A DNA stretch of 64,000 nt from NCBI GenBank assembly GCA_963771045.1, contig CAVYRW010000004.1:736001-800000 (forward strand), read 5' to 3'. Positions within the stretch are counted from its first letter, which is position 1; every line of letters starts with the position of its first letter. The position numbers and the translations under genes were made by a program. This DNA comes from Waddliaceae bacterium. Lineage in GTDB: Bacteria > Chlamydiota > Chlamydiia > Chlamydiales > SLFE01. This document shows, in pieces, positions 11,197 to 21,692 of this stretch. The notes beneath the pieces were generated by a model. It was not told where the DNA came from. It was given only the letters and a program-made list of their open reading frames with translations, and did not search any database.

Positions 11197-11349
11197 TTGG
11201 GCCATGCTGAGTGGTCTTGCCTAACAGCCTCAAAAATACTTCTTGGTTTAATCATCAAGTTTATTGGTCCAAATCATTCTCTCGTCATGATTATCGATGA
11301 TACGCTGGAACGGAGGAAAGGAAGAAAAATCAAGGCTAAAGGATATTAT
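11197..11349 (+). pseudogene. IS701-like (DDE) transposase fragment heading each array unit (copies at 14318, 17569, 21310)
   Basis: AEWSCLTASKILLGLIIKFIGPNHSLVMIIDDTLERRKGRKIKAKGYY matches the WS...LV..IDxT.ERR.G.KI...G.Y segment of IS701-like transposases; about 50 codons only. Confidence 0.7.
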
Positions 11350-11390
11350 TTTGAATTTTTCATAATCGATATTTTCAGCAAATTTTCCGT

Positions 11391-11491
11391 AATACTTTTA
11401 ACGCAGGGACGCGTCGTCGCTGAGGTTGTCATTTTTTTCCTCAATTGTTCTCTAAGACCTTGCGATTCCGTGTTCCTGCGTTAAAAGTATT
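11391..11491. repeat. 101 bp stem-loop element upstream of the repeat-protein gene (copies 17754-17854 and 21495-21595; deleted in unit 2)
   Basis: 17 bp perfect arms AATACTTTTAACGCAGG / CCTGCGTTAAAAGTATT. Confidence 0.75.
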
Positions 11492-11588
11492 GCAAAGATT
11501 ATTTCACGGGAATTGATTTATAAAGTCGAGCCTTGATAATAAAATGATTCCAGTAGTATTATATTCGACAAACAGAAGGAGAAAAAAC

Positions 11589-14307
11589 ATGTTGCATGAT
11601 ATTTCCGAAATGAAACCGACGACAATGCTTATCGAAAGGCAAGAAGGTTCCTCTGGCGGTAATTCGATTAGTAAAGTTCATGACGAAATTCATCAATTAG
11701 CCAATAAGATCTTATCAAAATGTGATCAGTTAGAAACAAAAAAAATTGCAAATTTTGTCTGTTCATTGTCTGAATCATTTTCATACAAGAATAGTTCAAG
11801 GGGCCGGACCCAACAAATAGAATCTGTTTTTTATTCCATACAACATATCACAGACGATCGAGAAGCAATTATTGGATTAGTAAAAGGATTTGTTACGGAA
11901 GGGATGAATGGCTATTCAGTCCGCGATATTCTTAAAGGGATTAATGCTTTAGATAAGAACGATCGGGAAGCCATTGTTGAATTAGCAAAAGGATTGTTAC
12001 GAAAGGGATGGGTGGCTATTCAGTCCGCAAGATTCTTAAAGGGATTAATGCTTTAGATAAGAACGATCGGGAAGCCATTGTTGGATTAGCAAAAGGATTG
12101 CTGACGGAAGGGATGGGTGGCTATTCAGTCCGCAATATTCTTGAAGGGATTAATGCTTTAGATAAGAACGATCGAGAAGCCATTGCTGGATTAGCAAAAG
12201 GATTGGTGACGAAAGGGATGGGTGGCTATTCAGTCCGCAATATTCTTGAAGGATTAATGCTTTAGATAAGGACGATCGGGAAGCCATTGTTGGATTAGCA
12301 AAAGGATTGGTGACGAAAGGGATGGGCAGTTCTGATGTCCGCAATATTCTTGAAGGGATTAATGCTTTAGATAAGGACGATCGAGAAGCCATTGTTGGAT
12401 TAGCAAAAGGATTGCTGACGAAAGGGATGGATGGCTATTGATGTCCGCAATATTCTTGAAGGGATTAATGCTTTAGATAAGAACGATCGAGAAGCCATTG
12501 TTGGATTAGCAAAAGGATTGCTGACGAAAGGGATGGGCGGTTCTGATGTCCGCAATATTCTTAAAGGGATTAATGCTTTAGATAAGAACGATCGGGAAGC
12601 CATTGTTGGATTAGCAAAAGGATTGCTGACGGAAGGGATGGGTGGCAATTCAGTCCGCAATATTCTTGAAGGGATTAATGCTTTAGATAAGAACGATCGG
12701 GAAGCCATTGTTGGATTAGCAAAAGGATTGGTGACGAAAGGGATGGTGGCAGTTCAGTCCGCAATATTCTTGAAGGGATTAATGCTTTAGATAAGAACGA
12801 TCGAGAAGCCATTGCTGGATTAGCAAAAGGATTGGTGACGGAAGGGATGGGTGGCTATTCAGTCTGCAATATTCTTAAAGAGATTAATGCTTTAGATAAG
12901 GACTATCGGGAAGCAATTGTTGGATTAGCAAAAGGATTGGTGACGGAAGGGATGGGTGGCAATTCAGTCTGCAAGATTCTTGAAGGGATTAATGCTTTAG
13001 ATAAGGACTATCGGGAAGCCGTTGTGAACAATTTAAAGCCTTTTATAACACTCATGGCAAAAGTATCATTTATCAAAATTCTTTTTAATCTAAGTACTAA
13101 AACTCTTAAGGATGAAGAGGAACCTCAAGGCGAATCCAATGATAAATTACTTATGGTATGCGATAAGATGCTAGACAATGAAAAAAATGGTAAAATGGTT
13201 TCCAAGGTGTCCAGATTGATTTTAGAAAACCTTGAATATTTTGGTTTATGCGAGGAAAACCCCATCGTTCAAAAGGCGATTACAAGAAAGATTGATACGA
13301 AAAATCTCTCCGATCCCAAAAATAAGTATGTTGTCTACAAATTTCTTTATGACTCTCAGAAAAATGAACTGCCGGATCTTTTATTAAAACCCTCTGAGAA
13401 TGGTTTAGTTTTAAATCCGCATGCCTTTTTGTCTATCGCCAGGCTTCCCAAAAGCCGCGATCTTCCAAAAAATATCTCTCCTAAAGTCTTAATAAACCTG
13501 TTTGATAACTGTCAACTCAGTGATAAGAAATGCCGAGAGATCACGGCTAATTCCTTATCATTTTTAAGGAAGAATTTTACACAAGATAAGCATCTTGCCA
13601 AGTTGCTCTCTCCATCGAAAAATAAACATATTACTTTGGCAGCATACCAGTTTTCATGGCTTATCCACTACGTCAACAACCTTCCCGATGAAAGCCGCGA
13701 TGAGACGCTGCTGCAGCATTCGGCATCTATACAGATGTGTCCAAAAGGAAAAGAGGAGGGGATTGCCGCTATTTTTCATACCCTCCCGCTAGACTCGAAA
13801 GGCCTTTTGTATGCCAACTCAAACGGGCATGAAGCCGTTCGATCTATTCTTCAATCTGTTATCAATCAGATTTTGTCATCGGAATCCTCTTTTATGATTG
13901 AAATGACTGGTAAAGAGCCCCCCATTGCTGAACTTGCGCATCAATCGACTTTTCTCAGAAACCTAATTGGAAATAAAGTGGGCTTAGAAACCCCTTTATG
14001 CTTTGACGAGCACACCAGTCAAATTACTGATGCTCTGATCAAACGTTCTTTTAAAGAGGTTTACACCAGTTTCTTCAAACACCTGACTCCTAAACTGTTG
14101 ATCTCGAAGTTTTGCCTGTTTGTTAATCGTGATATAGCATCCGACAAGACATTGTATTCACATTTGACCGCTTTAATAGATGATTCGGATATAAATAAAG
14201 CCTGGAAAATTGAAGGGAAAAACGTTTTTCTCACCGAATTCGGAGCTTCCGTTATCTTGAAAAAAACGAAATTAATTTATGCTAGTGATCCATCAACTTT
14301 GTTTTGA
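11589..14307 (+). CDS. 35-aa repeat protein, copy 1 (11 repeats; several single-base frameshifts inside the repeats)
   Basis: RBS GAAGGAG before ATG 11589; ORF pieces 11544-12056, 12008-12265, 12431-12790 and 12832-14307 are collinear with intact copy 2. Confidence 0.85.
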
Positions 14308-14514
14308 AGGGTGCGGGGCTGAGTGGTCTTGCCTAACAGCCTCAAAAATACTTCTTGGTTTAATCATCAAGTTTATTAGTCCAAATCATTCTCTCGTCAT
14401 GATTATCGATAATACGCTGGAACGGAAAAAAGGAAGAAGAATCAAGGCTAGTCGAGCCTTGATAATAAAATGATTCCAGTAGTATTATATTCGACAAACA
14501 GAAGGAGAAAAAGC

Positions 14515-14889
14515 ATGTTGCATGATATTTCCGAAATGAAACCGACGACAATGCTTATCGAAAGGCAAGAAGGTTCCTCTGGCGGTTATTCGATTAGCAA
14601 GGTTCATAACGAAATTCATCAATTAGCCAATAAGATCTTATCAGAATGTGATCGGTCAGAAACAAAAAAAATTGCAAATCTTGTCTGTTCATTGTCTGAA
14701 TCATTTTTATGCGAGAATAGTTCAAGGGACCGGACCCAACAAATAGAATCTGTTTTTTATTCCATACAACATATTACAGACGATCGGGAAGCCATTGTTG
14801 GATTAGCAAAAAGATTGCTGATGGAAGGGATGGGTGGCAATCCAGAAACAGAAGGAGAAAAAGCATGTTGCATGATATTTCCGAAATGA
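14515..14889 (+). pseudogene. Truncated extra N-terminus of the repeat protein produced by a 350 bp tandem duplication (14496-14845 / 14846-15195)
   Basis: AAACAGAAGGAGAAAAAGCATGTTG...GGTGGCAATCCAG is repeated directly in tandem. Confidence 0.85.
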
Positions 14890-17558
14890 AACCGACGACA
14901 ATGCTTATCGAAAGGCAAGAAGGTTCCTCTGGCGGTTATTCGATTAGCAAGGTTCATAACGAAATTCATCAATTAGCCAATAAGATCTTATCAGAATGTG
15001 ATCGGTCAGAAACAAAAAAAATTGCAAATCTTGTCTGTTCATTGTCTGAATCATTTTTATGCGAGAATAGTTCAAGGGACCGGACCCAACAAATAGAATC
15101 TGTTTTTTATTCCATACAACATATTACAGACGATCGGGAAGCCATTGTTGGATTAGCAAAAAGATTGCTGATGGAAGGGATGGGTGGCAATCCAGTCCGC
15201 AATATTCTTGAAGGGATTAATGCTTTAGATAAGAACGATCGGGAAGCCATTGTTGGATTAGCAAAAAGATTGGTGATGGAAGGGATGGATGGCTATTCAG
15301 TCCGCAATATTCTTAAAGGGATTAGTGCTTTAGATAAGGACGATCGAGAAGTAATTATTGGATTAGTAAAAGGATTGGTGACGAATGGGATGGGTGGCTA
15401 TTCAGTCCGCAAGATTCTTAAAGGGATTAATGCTTTAGATAAGAACGATCGGGAAGCCATTGTTGGATTAGCAAAAGAATTTGTTATGGAAGGGATGGAT
15501 GGCTATTCAGTCCGAGATATTCTTGAAGGGATTAATGCTTTAGATAAGAACGATCGAGAAGCCATTGTTGGATTAGCAAAAGGATTTGTTATGGAAGGGA
15601 TGGATGGCTATTCAGTCCGAGATATTCTTGAAGAGATTAATGCTTTAGATAAGAACGATCGGGAAGCCATTGTTGGATTAGCAAAAGAATTGGTGACGAA
15701 AGGGATGGGCAGCTATGGTGTCCGCTATATTCTTATCGAAGGGATTAATGCTTTAGATAAGGACGATCGAGAAGTCGTTGTTGGATTAGCAAAAGAATTG
15801 GTGACGAATGGGATGGACAGCTCTGATGTCCGCGATATTCTTGGAAGGATTGATCTTTTAGATAAGGACGATCGAGAAGCCGTTGTTGGATTCGCAAAAG
15901 GATTTGTTACGGAAGGGATGAATGGCAATTCAGTCCGCAATATTTTTGAAGGGATTAGTGCTTTAGATAAGGACGATCGAGAAGTCGTTGTTGGATTAGC
16001 AAAAGAATTGGTGACGGAAGGGATGGACAGCTCTGATGTCCGCGATATTCTTGGAAGGATTGATCTTTTAGATAAGGACGATCGAGAAGCCGTTGTTGGA
16101 TTCGCAAAAGGATTTGTTACGGAAGGGATGAATGGCTATTCAGTCCGCAATATTCTTGGAGGGATTAGTGCTTTAGATAAAGACAATCGAGAAGCAATTA
16201 TTGGATTAGCAAAAGGATTGCTGACGGAAGGGATGAGTGGCTATTCAGTCCGCATTATTCTTAAAGGGATTAATGCTTTAGATAAGGACGATCGAAAAGA
16301 AATTATTGGATTAGCAAAAGGATTGGTGACGAATGGGATGGATGGCAATTCAGTCTGCAATATTCTTAAAGAGATTAATGCTTTAGATAATGATAAATTA
16401 CTTATGGTATGCGATAAGATGCTAGACAATGAAAAAAATGGTAAAATGGTTTCCAAGGTGTCCAGATTGATTTTAGAAAACCTTGAATATTTTGGTTTAT
16501 GCGAGGAAAGCCCCATCGTTCAAAAGGCGATTACAAGAAAGATTGATACGAAAAATCTCTCCGATCCCAAAAATAAGTATGTTGTCTACAAATTTCTTTA
16601 TGACTCTCGGAAAAATGAACTGCCGGATCTTTTATTAAAACCCTCTGAGAATGGTTTAGTTTTAAATCCGCATGCCTTTTTGTCTATCGCCAGGCTTCCC
16701 AAAAGCCGCGATCTTCCAAAAAATATCTCTCCTAAAGTCTTAATAAACCTGTTTGATAACTGTCAACTCAGTGATAAGAAATGCCGAGAGATCACGGCTA
16801 ATTCCTTATCATTTTTAAGGAAGAATTTTACACAAGATAAGCATCTTGCCAAGTTGCTCTCTCCATCGAAAAATAAATATATTACTTTGGCAGCATACCA
16901 GTTTTCATGGCTTATCCACTACGTCAACAACCTTCCCGATGAAAGCCGCGATGAGACGCTGCTGCAGCATTCGGCATCTATACAGATGTGTCCAAAAGGA
17001 AAAGAGGAGGGGATTGCCGCTATTTTTCATACCCTCCCGCTAGACTCGAAAGGCCTTTTGTATGCCAACTCAAACGGGCATGAAGCCGTTCGGTCTATTC
17101 TTCAATCTGTTATCAATCAGATTTTGTCATCGGAATCCTCTTTTATGATTGAAATGACTGGTAAAGAGCCCCCCATTGCTGAACTTGCGCATCAATCGAC
17201 TTTTCTCAGAAACCTAATTGGAAATAAAGTGGGCTTAGAAACCCCTTTATGCTTTGACGAGCACACCAGTCAAATTACTGATGCTCTGATCAAACGTTCT
17301 TTTAAAGAGGTTTACACCAGTTTCTTCAAACACCTGACTCCTAAACTGTTGATCTCGAAGTTTTGCCTGTTTGTTAATCGTGATATAGCATCCGACAAGA
17401 CATTGTATTCACATTTGACCGCTTTAATAGATGATTCGGATATAAATAAAGTCTGGAAAATTGAAGGGAAAAACGTTTTTCTCACCGAATTCGGAGCTTC
17501 CGTTATCTTGAAAAAAACGAAATTAATTTATGCTAGTGATCCATCAACTTTGTTTTGA
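14865..17558 (+). CDS. 35-aa repeat protein, copy 2 (12 repeats, intact 897 aa)
   Basis: Uninterrupted ORF; repeat consensus DREAIVGLAKGLxTEGMxxxxVxxILxGINALDKx; lacks a 45-aa linker present in the other copies. Confidence 0.92.
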   Translation: MLHDISEMKPTTMLIERQEGSSGGYSISKVHNEIHQLANKILSECDRSETKKIANLVCSLSESFLCENSSRDRTQQIESVFYSIQHITDDREAIVGLAKRLLMEGMGGNPVRNILEGINALDKNDREAIVGLAKRLVMEGMDGYSVRNILKGISALDKDDREVIIGLVKGLVTNGMGGYSVRKILKGINALDKNDREAIVGLAKEFVMEGMDGYSVRDILEGINALDKNDREAIVGLAKGFVMEGMDGYSVRDILEEINALDKNDREAIVGLAKELVTKGMGSYGVRYILIEGINALDKDDREVVVGLAKELVTNGMDSSDVRDILGRIDLLDKDDREAVVGFAKGFVTEGMNGNSVRNIFEGISALDKDDREVVVGLAKELVTEGMDSSDVRDILGRIDLLDKDDREAVVGFAKGFVTEGMNGYSVRNILGGISALDKDNREAIIGLAKGLLTEGMSGYSVRIILKGINALDKDDRKEIIGLAKGLVTNGMDGNSVCNILKEINALDNDKLLMVCDKMLDNEKNGKMVSKVSRLILENLEYFGLCEESPIVQKAITRKIDTKNLSDPKNKYVVYKFLYDSRKNELPDLLLKPSENGLVLNPHAFLSIARLPKSRDLPKNISPKVLINLFDNCQLSDKKCREITANSLSFLRKNFTQDKHLAKLLSPSKNKYITLAAYQFSWLIHYVNNLPDESRDETLLQHSASIQMCPKGKEEGIAAIFHTLPLDSKGLLYANSNGHEAVRSILQSVINQILSSESSFMIEMTGKEPPIAELAHQSTFLRNLIGNKVGLETPLCFDEHTSQITDALIKRSFKEVYTSFFKHLTPKLLISKFCLFVNRDIASDKTLYSHLTALIDDSDINKVWKIEGKNVFLTEFGASVILKKTKLIYASDPSTLF

Positions 17559-17951
17559 AGGGTGCGGGGCTGAGTGGTCTTGCCTAACAGCCTCAAAAAT
17601 ACTTCTTGGTTTAATCATCAAGTTTATTGGTCCAAATCATTCTCTCGTCATGATTATCGATAATACGCTGGAACGGAAAAAAGGAAGAAGAATCAAGGCT
17701 AAAGGATATTATTTTGAATTTTTCATAATCGATATTTTCAGCAAATTTTCCGTAATACTTTTAACGCAGGGACGCGTCGTCGCTGAGGTTGCCATTTTTT
17801 TCCTCAATTGTTCTCTAAGACCTTGCGATTCCGTGTTCCTGCGTTAAAAGTATTGCAAAGATTATTTCACGGGAATTGATTTATAAAGTCGAGCCTTGAT
17901 AATAAAATGATTCCAGTAGTATTATATTCGACAAACAGAAGGAGAAAAAAC

Positions 17952-20900
17952 ATGTTGCATGATATTTCCGAAATGAAACCGACGACAATGCTTATCGAAA
18001 AGCAAGAAGGTTCCTCTGGCGGTTATTCGATTAGCAAGGTTCATAACGAAATTCATCAATTAGCCAATAAGATCTTATCAGAATGTGATCGGTCAGAAAC
18101 AAAAAAAATTGCAAATCTTGTCTGTTCATTGTCTGAATCATTTTTATGCGAGAATAGTTCAAGGGACCGGACCCAACAAATAGAATCTGTTTTTTATTCC
18201 ATACAACATATTACAGACGATCGAGAAGCAATTATTGGATTAGCAAAAGGATTGGTGACGAAAGGGATGGGCAGTTCTGATGTCCACAATATTCTTGAAG
18301 GGATTAATGCTTTAGATAAAGACGATCGGGAAGCCATTGCTGGATTAGCAAAAGGATTGCTGACGGAAGGGATGGGTGGCTATTCAGTCCGCTATATTCT
18401 TGAAGGGATTAATGCTTTAGATAAAGACGATCGGGAAGCCATTGCTGGATTAGCAAAAGGATTGCTGACGGAAGGGATGGGTGGCAATTCAGTCCGAGAT
18501 ATTCTTGAAGAGATTAGTGCTTTAGATAAGGACGATCGAGAAGCTATTGTTGGATTAGCAAAAGGATTGGTGACGAAAGGGATGGATGGCAATTCAGTCT
18601 GCGAAATTCTTGAAGAGATTAGTGCTTTAGATAAGGACGATCGAGAAGCTATTGTTGGATTAGCAAAAGGATTGGTGACGAAAGGGATGGACGGTCTTCA
18701 GTCCGCAATATTCTTGAAGAGATTAATGCTTTAGATAAGGACGATCGGGAATCCATTGTTGGATTAGCAAAAGAATTGCTGACGGAAGGGATGGATGGCA
18801 ATTCAGTTCGAGATATTCTTAAAGGGATTAATGCTTTAGATAAAGAACGATCGAGAAGCCATTGTTGGATTAGCAAAAGGATTGGTGACGGAAGGGATGG
18901 ACAGTTCTGATGTCCGCAATATTCTTGAAGAGATTAATGCTTTAGATAAGGACGATCGAGAAGCCATTGCTGGATTAGCAAAAGGATTGCTGACGGAAGG
19001 GATGGATGGCTATTCAGTCCGCTATATTCTTAAAGAGATTAATGCTTTAGATAAGAACGATCGAGAAGCCATTGTTGGATTAGCAAAAGGATTGCTGACG
19101 GAAGGGATGGACAGTTCTGATGTCCGCAATATTCTTGAAGAGATTAATGCTTTAGATAAGAACGATCGGGAAGCCATTGCTGGATTAGCAAAAGGATTGC
19201 TGACGGAAGGGATGGGTGGCAATTCAGTCCGCTATATTCTTAAAGAGATTAATGCTTTAGATAAGAACGATCGGGAAGCCATTGTTGGATTAGCAAAAGG
19301 ATTGCTGACGGAAGGGATGGACAGTTCTGATGTCTGCGATATTCTTGAAGAGATTAATGCTTTAGATAAGAACGATCGGGAAGCCATTGCTGGATTAGCA
19401 AAAGGATTGCTGACGGAAGGGATGGATGGCTATTCAGTCCGCAATATTCTTAAAGGGATTAATGCTTTAGATAAGAACGATCGGGAAGCCATTGTTGGAT
19501 TAGCAAAAGGATTGCTGACGGAAGGGATGGATGGCTATTCAGTCTGCAATATTCTTGAAGGGATTAATGCTTTAGATAAGAACGATCGGGAAGCCATTGT
19601 TGGATTAGCAAAAGAATTTGTAACGGAAGAGATGAGTAGCAATTCAGTCTGCAATATTTTTGAAGGGATTAATGCTTTAGATAAAGACGATCGAGAAGCC
19701 ATTGTTGGATTAGCAAAAGAATTGGTAACGGAAGAGATGAGTAGCAATTCAGTCTGCAATATTTTTGAAGGGATTAATGCTTTAGATAAGGACGATCGAG
19801 AAGCCATTGTTGGATTAGCAAAAGAATTTGTTACGGAAGGGATGAGTGGCAATTCAGTCCGCAATATTTTTGAAGGGATTAATGCTTTAAAAGACGATCG
19901 AGAAGCCATTGTTAGATTAGCAAAAGAATTTGTAACGGAAGAGATGAGTAGCAATTCAGTCTGCAAGATTCTTGAAGGGATTAATGCTTTAGATAAAGAC
20001 AATCGAGAAGCCGTTGTGAACAATTTAAAGCCTTTTATAACACTCATGGCAAAAGTATCATTTATCAAAATTCTTTTTAATCTAAGTACTAAAACTCTTA
20101 AGGATGAAGAGGAACCTCAAGGCGAATCCAATGATAAATTACTTATGGTATGCGATAAGATGCTAGACAATGAAAAAAATGGTAAAATGGTTTCCAAGGT
20201 GTCCAGATTGATTTTAGAAAACCTTGAATATTTTGGTTTATGCGAGGAAAGCCCCATCGTTCAAAAGGCGATTACAAGAAAGATTGATACGAAAAATCTC
20301 TCCGATCCCAAAAATAAGTATGTTGTCTACAAATTTCTTTATGACTCTCAGAAAAATGAACTGCCGGATCTTTTATTAAAACCCTCTGAGAATGGTTTAG
20401 TTTTAAATCCGCATGCCTTTTTGTCTATCGCCAGGCTTCCCAAAAGCCGCGATCTTCCAAAAAATATCTCTCCTAAAGTCTTAATAAACCTGTTTGATAA
20501 CTGTCAACTCAGTGATAAGAAATGCCGAGAGATCACGGCTAATTCCTTATCATTTTTAAGGAAGAATTTTACACAAGATAAGCATCTTGCCAAGTTGCTC
20601 TCTCCATCGAAAAATAAACATATTACTTTGGCAGCATACCAGTTTTCATGGCTTATCCACTACGTCAACAACCTTCCCGATGAAAGCCGCGATGAGACGC
20701 TGCTGCAGCATTCGGCATCTATACAGATGTGTCCAAAAGGAAAAGAGGAGGGGATTGCCGCTATTTTTCATACCCTCCCGCTAGACTCGAAAGGCCTTTT
20801 GTATGCCAACTCAAACGGGCATGAAGCCGTTCGGTCTATTCTTCAATCTGTTATCAATCAGATTTTGTCATCGGAATCCTCTTTTATGATTGAAATGACT

Positions 20901-21299
20901 GGTAAAGAGCCCCCCATTGCTGAACTTGCGCATCAATCGACTTTTCTCAGAAACCTAATTGGAAATAAAGTGGGCTTAGAAACCCCTTTATGCTTTGACG
21001 AGCACACCAGTCAAATTACTGATGCTCTGATCAAACGTTCTTTTAAAGAGGTTTACACCAGTTTCTTCAAACACCTGACTCCTAAACTGTTGATCTCGAA
21101 GTTTTGCCTGTTTGTTAATCGTGATATAGCATCCGACAAGACATTGTATTCACATTTGACCGCTTTAATAGATGATTCGGATATAAATAAAGCCTGGAAA
21201 ATTGAAGGGAAAAACGTTTTTCTCACCGAATTCGGAGCTTCAGTTATCTTGAAAAAAACGAAATTAATTTATGCTAGTGATCCATCAACTTTGTTTTGA
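17952..21299 (+). CDS. 35-aa repeat protein, copy 3 (17 repeats; frameshifts near 18695 and 18845)
   Basis: ORFs 17907-18734 and 18882-21299 plus the intervening repeat. Confidence 0.87.
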
Positions 21300-21692
21300 A
21301 GGGTGCGGGGCTGAGTGGTCTTGCCTAACAGCCTCAAAAATACTTCTTGGTTTAATCATCAAGTTTATTGGTCCAAATCATTCTCTCGTCATGATTATCG
21401 ATAATACGCTGGAACGGAAAAAAGGAAGAAGAATCAAGGCTAAAGGATATTATTTTGAATTTTTCATAATCGATATTTTCAGCAAATTTTCCGTAATACT
21501 TTTAACGCAGGGACGCGTCGTCGCTGAGGTTGCCATTTTTTTCCTCAATTGTTCTCTAAGACCTTGCGATTCCGTGTTCCTGCGTTAAAAGTATTGCAAA
21601 GATTATTTCACGGGAATTGATTTATAAAGTCGAGCCTTGATAATAAAATGATTCCAGTAGTATTATATTCGACAAACAGAAGGAGAAAAAAC

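Noticed and set aside
14865..17558. Calling the repeats TALE, PPR or TPR
   Set aside because: Only length and helical pattern agree; the consensus motifs of those families are not recognisable. Kept as analogy only.
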